Shown one piece after another: positions 26,058 to 36,103 of a stretch of DNA of 64,000 nt (position 1 is its first letter; every line of letters begins with the position of its first letter). Source of the DNA: Rhodothermia bacterium. Its GTDB lineage: Bacteria > Bacteroidota > Rhodothermia > Rhodothermales > JAAAOL01. The translations under genes were made by a program, and so were the position numbers. The stretch lies in contig JAUIDY010000015.1 in NCBI GenBank assembly GCA_030428385.1, positions 854 through 64,853 on the forward strand, in the 5' to 3' direction. The notes beneath the pieces are model-generated. The model did not search any database, was not told the origin of the DNA, and was given only the letters and a program-made list of their open reading frames with translations.

Positions 26058-28775
26058 ATGCACGGTTTGCATTTCCTTATCACTCAGATCACGAAAGCAC
26101 CTCGCGTGGCGATGGGACTGGTCGTGCTCTTGGCCCTCTTCCCGCAACTTGGACAGGCCCAGAAGTCGTCCTTGCAAGGGATCGTTCGTGCGTCTGGGGA
26201 AAATCGTCCGCTGGAGGGCGCACATGTGGTTTTGGAAGCGACCCGTCGGGATGCTGCCACCTCGACGACCACAACAGACACCGCCGGACGATATCTTCTG
26301 GAGGGCATAGAAGCAGGTGCCTACATCCTGCGGGTCCGTTATGTCGGCTATGAGGAAAGGCGCTTACCCATCACGATCCGGGAAGGAACTCCGCAAACAC
26401 GCGATGTAGACCTCATCCGCGTGCCTGTCTACCTCAATCCCATCCTCGTCAGCGCGTCGCGCAATCAGGAGAAAATGTTGGATTCTCCTGCTGCTATTAC
26501 GGTACTGGAAGCCGAGACGCTCGAAAAAGAGGTGCTCCCCTCAACGGTGGCTGCCCTTCGCACTGTGACGGGGGTAGATATCGCGCAGGTAGGACTTGAT
26601 CGCTACCATGTCAGCCTGCGTGGCTTTAACGACACGTTTGCCTCCCGCACCCTCACGCTTGTCGACTACCGGCGTGCCGCCTTTCCAGGGTTGGTGCTGA
26701 ACGCGTTCTCCAGCATGCCCATTGCCTCACTCGATATCGCACAGGTGGAAGTTGTGCGGGGGCCGGGCTCGGCGCTGTACGGCGGCGGCGTAGAGCAAGG
26801 CGTCATCCATTTTCTGACCAAAGACCCCTTTTCCTTCTCTGGAACCAGTGCCCAACTTACTGCCGGGGGCCACGACTTTTGGCAAGGTGCGTTTCGCCAT
26901 GCAGGCGTCTGGCACGATCGGTTGGGCTACAAGCTCGTCGGCTCCTATAGCCAGGGAACTGACTGGGCCTTTGACGCCACCGACCCTGACGATGAGCCCC
27001 GGTTTGCTTCCCTGAACGAGGCGTTCCGCGATTATGATTATGGCATATGGAAAGGGTATTTGTTGGGTGAAGTAGCCTATCGCTTCTCCCCGGCCACCAC
27101 GCTTACTGCGCAAGGAGGATACACGACCATTAAGCAGATTCTCTACAGCAATGTGGGCGAAAATCAGGTGGACGGCTTTGCGAGTGTGTTTGGTCAAATA
27201 CGCTTTCAGGCAGGCCAGACCTTCGCGCTGGCAAGCCTCAGCCAGACACCAAAAGAGGCACACTTGCTTTCCTACCGCACCAATCGCGCGAACATCAACC
27301 ACTCGTCCGAGGTGAATGTGCAGGTCCAGCACATGGTGGAATTTCTCCAGCAACGCGCGACACTAATTGCCGGAGCCGACGTGCGCGCGCTGTTACTCGA
27401 TACCGGCGGCACCTTGCACGGCCGCAATGAAGCGGACAACGATTTTGTGGAAGGCGGCGTGTATCTCCACACGGCATTGCACCCTACGCATCGCCTAGAT
27501 GTGACGCTTGCAAGCCGACTGGATTACAACACCGTTCTTGATCGAACGGTGCTTTCTCCACGCGCTGCTGTTGTTTTTAAGCCCGTACCTGCACACAGCA
27601 TTCGCCTGACGTATAACCGGGCGTTTTCCATGCCGAACCATGGAGCGTTTTTCCTCGACAATGTGGTGGGCAACACGGGTGACTTTGTCCTCCGCCTGCG
27701 TGGCAACCGGGAAGGGTGGAGCTACCCCGACCCACTTCATACCACAAGTTTTTTGCCCGGGTTGGGACGCTATGCCGGGGTGGGGTTACCCCTTCAGGCC
27801 GCCTATCAATCGACCGTAGAGGCGTTGGTGACGGGTGGAATCTTGCATGCCGTTCCAAATGCGGAAGCACTCATAGCACACCTGGAGGCAAGAATCCCTG
27901 AGATTTCGGGCTTCTCGGAAGGCGAACTGGTGCTTAATGGACAAGTCATAGATCGGGTGCCCACCCTCGACCCCGTCAAAGAGAGCATCACCCACACCAT
28001 CGAATTGGGCTATAAAGGCGTGCTAGGGAATCAGGTCTTGCTGAACCTCGATGCCTACTATACCCGCAAGAAAGACTTCGTCTCGCGGGGATTACGCCTT
28101 ACCCCCTTGGTTACAACCCCCGGCGTGGGGCAAGACCTGCACGACGCCGTGGCCGGAGCGTTCACGGATGAGGAGTTGGCCTCATTTGGCTTGGACCGTT
28201 CCGCGCTGGCTGACCTGTTTGAACAAGCCGCCGTTGGTCTAGCCGACACGCCGATTGGATTGATTGAAACGATAGAAAACTACGACCCCGATACTTCGCC
28301 GGAAGCGCTGGTTACGTTTATCAACTTTGGTGATCTGGATTTCTTTGGCTTCGATGCGGGCTTGGAAGCACATCTTTCCGAAAACCTACAGATGTTTCTT
28401 CAGTATAGCTGGGTCAGCCATACGTTATTCGATGAGGAAGACCTTGGAGAACCCGGTACAGGACTCGAAGCGGCATTAAACGCGCCTCCGCACAAAGCAA
28501 CAGGCGGCATCACCTACCGGAAAGACCGAGGATGGCAAGCAGGCGCGGCGGGGCGGTATGTCGATGCCTTTGAAGTCCGTTCCGGCGTTCATCAAGGACG
28601 CCTCGATGCCTACTTTGTACTCGACCTGCACTTGGGCTATGAATTTTCCAGCTACGTGCGAGGACTGCAACTAGATGTGACGGTACAAAACCTCTTCAAC
28701 CAACGGCACCGCGAGTACGTTGGGGCACCCAAAGTGGGACGGTTGATGCTCGCCCGGCTTTCCTATTCCTTTTAA
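26058..28775 (+). CDS. TonB-dependent receptor with carboxypeptidase-regulatory-like N-domain
   Basis: CarboxypepD_reg-like segment GIVRASGENRPLEGAHVVLE..GRYLLEGIEAGAYILRV. Plug motif IEVVRGPGSALYGGG. Large beta-barrel ending in a terminal aromatic, LSYSF. Confidence 0.9.
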   Translation: MHGLHFLITQITKAPRVAMGLVVLLALFPQLGQAQKSSLQGIVRASGENRPLEGAHVVLEATRRDAATSTTTTDTAGRYLLEGIEAGAYILRVRYVGYEERRLPITIREGTPQTRDVDLIRVPVYLNPILVSASRNQEKMLDSPAAITVLEAETLEKEVLPSTVAALRTVTGVDIAQVGLDRYHVSLRGFNDTFASRTLTLVDYRRAAFPGLVLNAFSSMPIASLDIAQVEVVRGPGSALYGGGVEQGVIHFLTKDPFSFSGTSAQLTAGGHDFWQGAFRHAGVWHDRLGYKLVGSYSQGTDWAFDATDPDDEPRFASLNEAFRDYDYGIWKGYLLGEVAYRFSPATTLTAQGGYTTIKQILYSNVGENQVDGFASVFGQIRFQAGQTFALASLSQTPKEAHLLSYRTNRANINHSSEVNVQVQHMVEFLQQRATLIAGADVRALLLDTGGTLHGRNEADNDFVEGGVYLHTALHPTHRLDVTLASRLDYNTVLDRTVLSPRAAVVFKPVPAHSIRLTYNRAFSMPNHGAFFLDNVVGNTGDFVLRLRGNREGWSYPDPLHTTSFLPGLGRYAGVGLPLQAAYQSTVEALVTGGILHAVPNAEALIAHLEARIPEISGFSEGELVLNGQVIDRVPTLDPVKESITHTIELGYKGVLGNQVLLNLDAYYTRKKDFVSRGLRLTPLVTTPGVGQDLHDAVAGAFTDEELASFGLDRSALADLFEQAAVGLADTPIGLIETIENYDPDTSPEALVTFINFGDLDFFGFDAGLEAHLSENLQMFLQYSWVSHTLFDEEDLGEPGTGLEAALNAPPHKATGGITYRKDRGWQAGAAGRYVDAFEVRSGVHQGRLDAYFVLDLHLGYEFSSYVRGLQLDVTVQNLFNQRHREYVGAPKVGRLMLARLSYSF

Positions 28776-28802
28776 GTCTCTCGATTCTTTGCATCTCTGG
28801 TA

Positions 28803-28836
28803 GAATCACCCCCTGAATCACCCCTGCGGGTGACGC
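28803..28836 (+). promoter_or_regulatory. TCACCC-box operator array, copy c (upstream of the small protein/protease operon)
   Basis: GAATCACCCcctGAATCACCCctgcGGGTGACGC lies 99 nt upstream of ATG 28935. The last two boxes form the inverted repeat TCACCC-N4-GGGTGA. Confidence 0.45.
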
Positions 28837-28934
28837 CCCCCTCAGTATCTGGCGGTACTTTACTTTCGCCCGGATGACACCACGTACTGGTTGACAAAAG
28901 GGCAGCCGAAGACCTCATCAGCCTTTTTGCCGCC

Positions 28935-29189
28935 ATGAAACGGACGCCCTCAGCCCCCACGCCGGACGAGCCGAACCGCTATCAAATCAAAGTGGAAGGA
29001 CGCCTGGACCAGCGATGGAATGATTACTTCGACGGCTTCTCGCTTGCCACGGAGCCTGCCCCGCCGCATGGTACATTCACCATCTTGACTGGCACCGTCA
29101 CCGATCAGGCGGCCTTACATGGCATCCTGAACCGCATTCGTGACCTGGGTCTCCAACTCTACTCGGTGAAGTGCCTCGACGCTTCTTGA
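28935..29189 (+). CDS. Small hypothetical protein (84 aa)
   Basis: The ORF has good codon usage. The C-terminal QAALHGILNRIRDLGLQLYSV resembles a recurrent small-protein family (from memory). It sits 22 nt upstream of the protease. Confidence 0.55.
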   Translation: MKRTPSAPTPDEPNRYQIKVEGRLDQRWNDYFDGFSLATEPAPPHGTFTILTGTVTDQAALHGILNRIRDLGLQLYSVKCLDAS

Positions 29190-29211
29190 TACGCTAAAAA
29201 CCATCCCTGTT

Positions 29212-30234
29212 ATGAAATACTTCCCCTTCATTGTGCTCCTTATGGCCATGTCAGGTCTGCACCTGCCTACCCAGGCACAGCCACTCCGCGATGTTTTTCA
29301 AGAGGTAAAACCTGGTGTGGTGGTCATACGCACGCTGGAAAGAGACCTTGATCCCCTGCAAGGTGGCTTCGTGAGCATGCAAAGTCAGGGATCGGGCTTC
29401 CTCATCTCAGAAGACGGTTACCTCATGACAGCCTCCCATGTTGTTCAAACAGCCGATCAGGTAGGCGTTGAGTTTCCTAATGGTCATTTCTCTTTGGCCC
29501 ACGTTGTAGCATCCGTACCCCCTGCCGACGTGGCTTTGCTGCAACTGGAAGACCCGCCCCAAGATGTTGCGCCCCTATTGCTCGGCGATTCAGACCTGAT
29601 GGAAGTCGGCGATGGGGTGTTTGTGGTGGGCGCACCGTATGGGCTAAGCCACACCCTTACTGTGGGTCACCTGAGTGCCCGACATCAACCACACCCGAAC
29701 GCGGTACACCTCACCACCACGGAACTCTTTCAGACGGATGCCGCGATCAACTCCGGAAACTCCGGCGGCCCGATGTTTAACGAGCGCGGCGAAGTCATCG
29801 GCATCGTCAGCCATATCCTCACGCAATCCGGTGGTTTTGAAGGCTTGGGGTTTGTCGTGACCATAAATGCTGCCAAGGAATTACTTCTCGAAGAACCGTC
29901 GTTCTGGTCAGGAATGGAAGGCTATCTTCTGGAGGGTGCCTGGGCGGGCCTGTTTAACCTGCCTCAACCCGCAGGCGTCCTGGTGCAACGTGTTGCTGCA
30001 TATTCACCTGCCGCTGACCTAGGTCTCGAACCGGGCTTTGTACAGGCAACCATAGAGGGAGAGTCGTTGCTGCTAGGCGGAGATATTCTTCTTGAGGTGA
30101 TGGAAATTCCTATTTCTAGCGAAGGAAACAATTGGCAACGGATTCAGGCGGTCCTTGCCGAAAAAGACGCCGCTACGCCCGTGACGCTAAAAGTATTGCG
30201 TGGGGGCCAGGTGATTATCTTATCCACACCGTGA
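29212..30234 (+). CDS. Trypsin-like serine protease (S1C, HtrA/DegP-like) with C-terminal PDZ-like domain
   Basis: Signal peptide. Catalytic-site contexts are MTASHVV (His) and DAAINSGNSGGPMFN (Ser). The PDZ-like tail is GVLVQRVAAYSPAADLGLEPG. Confidence 0.85.
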   Translation: MKYFPFIVLLMAMSGLHLPTQAQPLRDVFQEVKPGVVVIRTLERDLDPLQGGFVSMQSQGSGFLISEDGYLMTASHVVQTADQVGVEFPNGHFSLAHVVASVPPADVALLQLEDPPQDVAPLLLGDSDLMEVGDGVFVVGAPYGLSHTLTVGHLSARHQPHPNAVHLTTTELFQTDAAINSGNSGGPMFNERGEVIGIVSHILTQSGGFEGLGFVVTINAAKELLLEEPSFWSGMEGYLLEGAWAGLFNLPQPAGVLVQRVAAYSPAADLGLEPGFVQATIEGESLLLGGDILLEVMEIPISSEGNNWQRIQAVLAEKDAATPVTLKVLRGGQVIILSTP

Positions 30235-30361
30235 CGACGAAGAATAAATCGCCAGTATGTAAAGATAGAAAGCGTTGACGATGTTGTTGTTGGTCAACGG
30301 CACGGCTAAGCAGAGCAAGCATATTTCCTTTCCTGTGATGAAGGTCTTACCCAAAGCCGCC

Positions 30362-30491
30362 TGATGCATACCATTGCACGCTGAACGCGCAAAACAAGAC
30401 AAAGCCCCTGCCTTCAATAGAAAACGGGGGCTTTGTTGTACCTATGCTGTGCCTACTATTACAAAAGTCTTTGTATTACAATAACTTACGG
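30362..30491. repeat. Intergenic repeat cassette, copy 2
   Basis: Its 81-nt core differs from the copies at 4288 and 40644 by one indel and one substitution. The same AAAGTCTTT..ATTACAAT..CTTACGG tail follows. Confidence 0.7.
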
Positions 30492-30500
30492 AAATGCCCT

Positions 30501-30623
30501 ATGGCCCTTACGCTCCCGTTATCGAACCATTTTATGGAGGATTTACGCAAGCTTTTCGAGCTAGAACCAGTGCTTCCGGTCCAGATGCTCAACACTACAC
30601 ATAGGCATGAACGGATCACTTAA
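30501..30623 (+). CDS. Conserved 40-codon small ORF (copy 2, ATG start)
   Basis: MALTLPLSNHFMEDLRKLFELEPVLPVQMLNTTHRHERIT. It is the same length as the copy at 9646-9768. In codons 13-27, 8 codons differ and all 8 are synonymous. Its 3' end overlaps the stop of the convergent giant gene by 8 nt. Confidence 0.35.
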   Translation: MALTLPLSNHFMEDLRKLFELEPVLPVQMLNTTHRHERIT

Positions 30624-33600
30624 CCAGTGTCACCTGCCGCGTCTCGGCAAAGCGTTCGCCGGTCACCCGGATGAAGTACAACCCCGACGGATAGTCACCC
30701 GCCTCCCATACAAACGCCCGACTCACATCCGCTTCCAGCGTGCCCTGCCATACCAACGCTACCTGCCGACCTAGCACATCGTACACTGCCACCCGCACCG
30801 CCTGCGCCTGACCCACTGCCAGCGAAAACGTCGTCGCAGGGTTGAAGGGGTTCGGGTACGCTGCCGACAACTGATGCGTGCCCATGACGCCGATGTGTAC
30901 TTCCACCTGCGGGCTGTATTCGAATCTGCCGTCGAAATCTACCTGACGCAAACGGAAGACGTGCGTGCCGACCTCCAGCCCTGCCACCGCGAAGGTGTAG
31001 TTCTGCGGCTCCGCTGTCGTGCCCACCCCTTCCACAAAGCCCAGCACCGACCATGAAGCCTCACTTCCCTCATCCCTCAAACCGCTTGCCTCATCCCGCA
31101 CCTGCACGTCATACCCCGCGTTGTTCGTCTCCGAGGCGGTTTGCCAGCGTAGCTCCACGTTCGATCCGTTGCCGACCGCCTCAAAGGAGACCAACTCGAC
31201 TGGAAGCAACGTGGGCGTTCCGCTAAACTCGCTTGTGTTGCCGTCCGCGTCGGTCGCCGTCGCCACGATGGTGTCGGTGATGGTGAGCGCGGGACTTACA
31301 GAAGCGGGCGTGAAGGTGATGGTTTTGAAGGCTCCGGCCTGGGTTTTGGAAGCCACAGCCGTGCCGTTGTAGTCGCCCTCGGAGTAGGTGTCAGAGCCGA
31401 GCCAGTGCTGGCCTTGCCCGGTGGCGTCGGCGCGGTAGAAGTCGATGCGGAGCGGGTAGGTGGCGTTGTCGGGGTGGGTATCAACCATGTAAGTGACCAT
31501 CACGTCGCCACTTTCCTCCAGGGTGGCGTTGTCGATGTCGGGGTAGTTCTGGCGCCGGTTGGGTCCTTCATCGACGTCGTCGGCGTCGTTACCATTCACC
31601 ACATTAAGATCAATGCCCAGGCCACCGTTCGAGTAAATAGCGTTGCCCAGAATCGTGGCTTGCGTCTCAGCCTCGCCTAGGACCACTCCGTCGAGGCTGT
31701 TGTGGGCAATGACGTTGGCCTCCGCTGCGTCGTTCATCCCGTCGCCATCTGCACCTACCCGAACGCCGGTGGCACCATTCCACACCCTAATCCCTCGTTG
31801 GCTGTTGCCAAGCGGGGCCGCGCCGGTGGCATCGGTGCCGATGTAGTTGCCCGCCACCACATGCCCCTGACCCCTGAATATGTGAATCCCGTTTCTTCCA
31901 TTTCCGCTGATCACGTTGCGCTCTGCGGCATCGCTCACCCCATCGCTGTTCGTCCCCACCCGCTCACGATGGGTAAACGCTATTTGCACGCCTTCGCTCT
32001 GGTTAGCCACAGCGCTCGTCCCTGACTTGTCCGTGCCGATGTAGTTACCCGCCACCACGTTGTCGTTGGGATTCTGGAAATTGCGCTGAAGGTTGATGCC
32101 TTGCGCAAGGTTGCCGCTGATGAGGTTGCCCTCTGCCGCATCGTTCACTCCGTCGCCATCCGTGCCAATCACGTTCCTACTACCCGGAAAGATCCCGACA
32201 CCGGCCAGCGTGTTACCCGCCGCCGTGCTGCCTGTGGCATCGATCCCGATGAAGCTGCACGCGATCTGGTTGTCCGAACTGCCCTGCACTAACACCCCTC
32301 GGCGCGTGAACCGCACGATGTTCAGCCCACGGATCACCGAACCGCCCGAGCCCGCCACCAGATGCAATCCGCTCACCCCAGCCCCGGCATTCGTGCCATC
32401 AAGGACAATCCCGTAGGCCGGACGGTCGGGGATCGCTGTCGTACAGACCGCCTCCTTGCCCGGTTGTGTCGAGCCGTCGATCTTGACGACACTGGTGATG
32501 TCCGGCAGCGCACGCGTGGGCGCGATGACGCAGGTACCGCCGGAGCAGCCCGCGTCGCTGGCCGGAATGGCGAAGCGGATCGAGTCGGCTCCGGCTAAGG
32601 CGTTGGCCTCCTGGATCGCCGCGCGGAGGGTACACTCGGGGTTCCCCTCGGCGTTTGTCTGTCCGGTGTCGCAGATCTCATCGCCTGCCGTCGCATCATC
32701 GTCGTCGTCCGTGCTGTTCACGGCCAGATCGGCCAGGATGAAGGCAGCGCTGAACTCGCTCGTCGGGCCATAATACTGCGGTTCGTTGATTCGGATGTAG
32801 TTCTCCGCTGCAGTCATCGTCACAAACTCACCCGGCATGTAGTCCGTGACGGTAATCGTCCCCGTATAGTCCGGCGTGCCCAGTGTCGGAACGAGTCCCT
32901 GGTCGCCGATGAACCGCGCGCCTTCTCCGTGTCCCGACGGGTCTGCCGTGGACGAGGCAAACACTTCGAAAAGATAACTTGTATTGCTTGGCGCACTGAG
33001 GGTAAACGCGATGTCGTAGCCGCCGCTGCCATTGGGGGTGATGCCCGTGATAACGGGGTAGTTCTGAAGCGCGTTCGGGCCACTGTCGGGGTCCTGGTCG
33101 TCGTTGGCGGTCACGCCGAAGCCGTCCTCCGTGCCGCCTACAAGGTCGATGCCCAAGCCGCCGTTGCCTGCGATTCGGTTCTGGCGGATCGAGACCTCGG
33201 CGGTGCCCGTCACCTCAATCCCGGCGTCGGTGTTGCCCACATGGTCTACGCCGTCGGTATCGAGCCCGATGCGGTTCATGATAATGGAGGCCGTGGAAGC
33301 TGCGTCGACGGCAATGCCATGGCCTGTGTTGCCCGAGATGGTGTTGTCTTGAACCACCACCTCCGTCGCGCTGAGACCCACAATTGTATTGCCAATCTCC
33401 ACGCCGCCGCCGCCGTTCGGGATGGCCGTCTGCCCCGTCGCGTCCAGCCCAATGATGTTGCGGTGCACATTGGCTCCATCGCCCATTACGGTCAGTCCAA
33501 AGGAAACATTGCCCGAGATCACGTTGTCCGTAACGACAGCATTTGGTGCACTGCTGCCTACCGAAAGACCCTGCGGAGCGTTCGCCAGCGCGGCCGTCCC

Positions 33601-35499
33601 GTCCGCTGTCAGGCCGATGTAGTTGCCCGCCACCGTCACGCCTTCGGCATTGAGGAACACGCCGTAAAAGTCGTTGCCCGAGATCACATTGCGCTCGCCT
33701 GCATCGCCGTCGCTATCCCCATCGGTGCCGATGCGAATGCCTGTAGCCGCCGCATAGACGCCATAGCCGTTCAGTGTCGCCGTCGTGCCATTGGGCCGCA
33801 CGCCGATGTAGTTGCCTTCGACCACGGCACCCGCACCCTCGATGTGGAGACCCGCACCCTCGAACTGGACAATGGAGAGGCCCGAAATGGTCACGCCCGT
33901 TGCGCTCGATGCAACCTCGATGCCGTTCGGGAAGCCTGAGATCACGGTCCCCTCTAGCACAATCTTGAGGGCGGCGTTGGAGCCGGTAGCGAGCGTGTTT
34001 TCGCTGGCACCTGGCTGGGTATAGCCGAGAATAGAAATGCCCGCGTCGGTGAGCGGCGGCAAGACGGTGGGGAGCGCGATGGTCGCCTGCCCCGAAGGGG
34101 TCGCACCGTGTGCCTCGGTGATACGGAAGCCGATGGCGTCAAGGCCCACATTGGCGTTGGCGACCTCAATGGCCTCGCGGAGCGTGCAGTCGCCGTCGAG
34201 CACGCCGTCGGTGCAATCAGCCAGGCTTGTGATAGCATCGTACGTCTGGCTGTCGCTGATTGTATCCACCAGCAGGTCGAACATGTTAGCCGTCAGCACG
34301 ATGTCGTTGCCATCACCGCCCACGTAGCTGAGCGTGAAGTCGAAGCCATCTACGGTAATGGTAGCGCCCTCGGCAAGTCCAGCAAAGGTGCCTGTTACGG
34401 CATCGGTGCCATCGTTGTCGAGGATCGTGTAGGGGCCGCTGAGCGGGATGTCGTTGTCGAGCGTGAGGACGAGATCGGCATCGGTGATGTCAACGCTGCC
34501 CGTCACTTGAACCTGGTCGTACTCCGTGCCTGCGGTTGTTCCACCGATCTCGATTCCGAGGTCTGCGCCCGAAGCCAGCGTAAGCCCGTTCACGAACGTT
34601 GATACGCCATCGACGACGAGCGAGCCGTTAACGGTAGCCGGGTTCACCGTCGTCGTGGTGCTAAGTCCTGCGAGCCGCTGGCTGTTATCGCCGATGTCCG
34701 CAAACGTCACGTTTCTCGCAGAGGCCACTACGTTGTCCTCTCCGTCCGTCGCCGAGCGGAGCGCACCTTCGAAAATGACTGCGTTCGACGTCGACTCGAA
34801 CGTTACGGTCCCCGACGCCCCGGCCGGATCGACCACGACGGTATTCCGATGGTTCTGGAGGTTGCCCGAACGGATCTCCGTAGTCTGGACATAGACTGTC
34901 GCGCTTCCTCGCGTCGCGATGGAAGCCGGACGGGTGGTGGCACCAACCGCCCCGTTGAACTCGATGCGATCCACGGCTTCGAAGTAACAGTATCCTCCCC
35001 CGTCCAGCGTTGAGCCAAAGATCAGAGACTCCCCTGCCCTGAGGGTCTGGTGGAACGACAGCGTTACGGGGTCGCCGTACTGCTGCGTGCCCGTGGTCTC
35101 AACCCTAGGTGAATTCGGACCACCCCCATCGCTAATAGCAATGGTGGTCGTTCCAGCCGCGTCGGTCGTGAGGTTTGCTAGGGGCGTCGTGTCGCCGACT
35201 TTTCCCTCGAAGCGCGTCTCGCCGGAAACATTCAGCGTGAGGTCCCACGGCCCGTTGCCATCGCCGTCAACCGTCGACTCGAACGTAACCGACGGGGCCG
35301 TGATCGTCACGTCGGCAGCAATGGTGACGGCGTCCGAATAAACGAGCGCGGTCCCCGACGTGACATTGGACGAGATTGTTGTTTGCGCCTGCGCGGGGCG
35401 TGCCCCAAGGAGGAGGGCCACCAACAACGCGAGCGTCAGCCCTACATAACGCCCGTGCAGCTTCCTAGTCCCATGATAGCGGACGGCTTGGGCGCGCAT
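30616..35499 (-). CDS. Giant secreted right-handed beta-helix protein with CSLREA-type motifs and T9SS C-terminal sorting domain
   Basis: Signal peptide GLTLALLVALLLGARPAQAQ (start at ATG 35499; the ORF is open to 35688). It has two C(T)LREAI/CTLRAAI motifs and many NVISGN/GNYIG beta-helix turns. The C-terminus YPNPFNPATTFSL..VYDVLGRQV..GLYFIRV is a T9SS sorting domain. Confidence 0.85.
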   Translation of the reverse strand: MRAQAVRYHGTRKLHGRYVGLTLALLVALLLGARPAQAQTTISSNVTSGTALVYSDAVTIAADVTITAPSVTFESTVDGDGNGPWDLTLNVSGETRFEGKVGDTTPLANLTTDAAGTTTIAISDGGGPNSPRVETTGTQQYGDPVTLSFHQTLRAGESLIFGSTLDGGGYCYFEAVDRIEFNGAVGATTRPASIATRGSATVYVQTTEIRSGNLQNHRNTVVVDPAGASGTVTFESTSNAVIFEGALRSATDGEDNVVASARNVTFADIGDNSQRLAGLSTTTTVNPATVNGSLVVDGVSTFVNGLTLASGADLGIEIGGTTAGTEYDQVQVTGSVDITDADLVLTLDNDIPLSGPYTILDNDGTDAVTGTFAGLAEGATITVDGFDFTLSYVGGDGNDIVLTANMFDLLVDTISDSQTYDAITSLADCTDGVLDGDCTLREAIEVANANVGLDAIGFRITEAHGATPSGQATIALPTVLPPLTDAGISILGYTQPGASENTLATGSNAALKIVLEGTVISGFPNGIEVASSATGVTISGLSIVQFEGAGLHIEGAGAVVEGNYIGVRPNGTTATLNGYGVYAAATGIRIGTDGDSDGDAGERNVISGNDFYGVFLNAEGVTVAGNYIGLTADGTAALANAPQGLSVGSSAPNAVVTDNVISGNVSFGLTVMGDGANVHRNIIGLDATGQTAIPNGGGGVEIGNTIVGLSATEVVVQDNTISGNTGHGIAVDAASTASIIMNRIGLDTDGVDHVGNTDAGIEVTGTAEVSIRQNRIAGNGGLGIDLVGGTEDGFGVTANDDQDPDSGPNALQNYPVITGITPNGSGGYDIAFTLSAPSNTSYLFEVFASSTADPSGHGEGARFIGDQGLVPTLGTPDYTGTITVTDYMPGEFVTMTAAENYIRINEPQYYGPTSEFSAAFILADLAVNSTDDDDDATAGDEICDTGQTNAEGNPECTLRAAIQEANALAGADSIRFAIPASDAGCSGGTCVIAPTRALPDITSVVKIDGSTQPGKEAVCTTAIPDRPAYGIVLDGTNAGAGVSGLHLVAGSGGSVIRGLNIVRFTRRGVLVQGSSDNQIACSFIGIDATGSTAAGNTLAGVGIFPGSRNVIGTDGDGVNDAAEGNLISGNLAQGINLQRNFQNPNDNVVAGNYIGTDKSGTSAVANQSEGVQIAFTHRERVGTNSDGVSDAAERNVISGNGRNGIHIFRGQGHVVAGNYIGTDATGAAPLGNSQRGIRVWNGATGVRVGADGDGMNDAAEANVIAHNSLDGVVLGEAETQATILGNAIYSNGGLGIDLNVVNGNDADDVDEGPNRRQNYPDIDNATLEESGDVMVTYMVDTHPDNATYPLRIDFYRADATGQGQHWLGSDTYSEGDYNGTAVASKTQAGAFKTITFTPASVSPALTITDTIVATATDADGNTSEFSGTPTLLPVELVSFEAVGNGSNVELRWQTASETNNAGYDVQVRDEASGLRDEGSEASWSVLGFVEGVGTTAEPQNYTFAVAGLEVGTHVFRLRQVDFDGRFEYSPQVEVHIGVMGTHQLSAAYPNPFNPATTFSLAVGQAQAVRVAVYDVLGRQVALVWQGTLEADVSRAFVWEAGDYPSGLYFIRVTGERFAETRQVTLVK

Positions 35500-35920
35500 A
35501 TCGCATACAGCAGGGACGCGCAATCGGGTGCGATGGGCGAGAGATTGATGCGCCATCGCGCGCGGGGTACTTATCGAGGGAAATTGAACGTCAATCATTC
35601 GGGGGATTGCCTGGTGGATTTTTCTGGGTGCCTGGCGTCGGGGCTTCTCGTTCCTGATCAAGCATGGACCAGAGCGCCGCCAGTTCAAGGTGGGCGCTGG
35701 CGTGCGATCCGGCAGGGTCCTGCAACGAGGGACACGGGGGCTTTTCGGGCGTCGGCTTTTTCGGGTGCTGCTGCGGAGCAGAAGTGTGTGGTTTCATGAG
35801 ACAGCCCGGAAGGAGCGAACGCCAAGGGCCGTGTGCCCGTGGTCATGGCTCGTAGATAGCCGCCTGCCGCCTTCTAAATCACGACGAAGACCTTCGATTT
35901 TTGGACATAAGCGCCCCTGA

Positions 35921-36103
35921 GAAACTGTCTGGTAACCTAATCTGGGGCTGCGCCGGGCGCTTTTTGGCCCAGCGGCGCGCGATACCCTACGCCTTCGGCT
36001 TCGGTTTGTCGGCCCGTAGCGCTGCTACGAACCTCCAAATCGAGCATCGCTGACCTCAAAAATCACCACGGCTCGCCGTCCAGCCATGCTACCAGACAGT
36101 TTC
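35921..36103. mobile_element. 183-bp MITE-like element, copy 2
   Basis: It has perfect 13-bp terminal inverted repeats (GAAACTGTCTGGT / ACCAGACAGTTTC) and is flanked by direct TGA/TGA. It lies between the stop of hybrid kinase 2 and the giant gene. Confidence 0.65.

Noticed and set aside
30501-30583. Small-ORF region considered as a decayed tRNA or att remnant. It shares TGGCCC..TCGAACC..AACCA.TG with the tRNA-Val antisense sequence, and tRNA-Val occupies the equivalent position after cassette 3.
   Set aside because: No cloverleaf can be drawn, because the T and acceptor stems do not pair. The substitution pattern between the two copies is period-3 and synonymous, which fits a peptide better than an RNA relic. 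It is kept only as an alternative hypothesis.
32929-33939. 336-aa plus-strand ORF, and other plus ORFs (31019-35341), opposite the giant gene at 30616-35499.
   Set aside because: They are shadow ORFs with no start context or motifs, fully embedded in a well-supported minus-strand gene.
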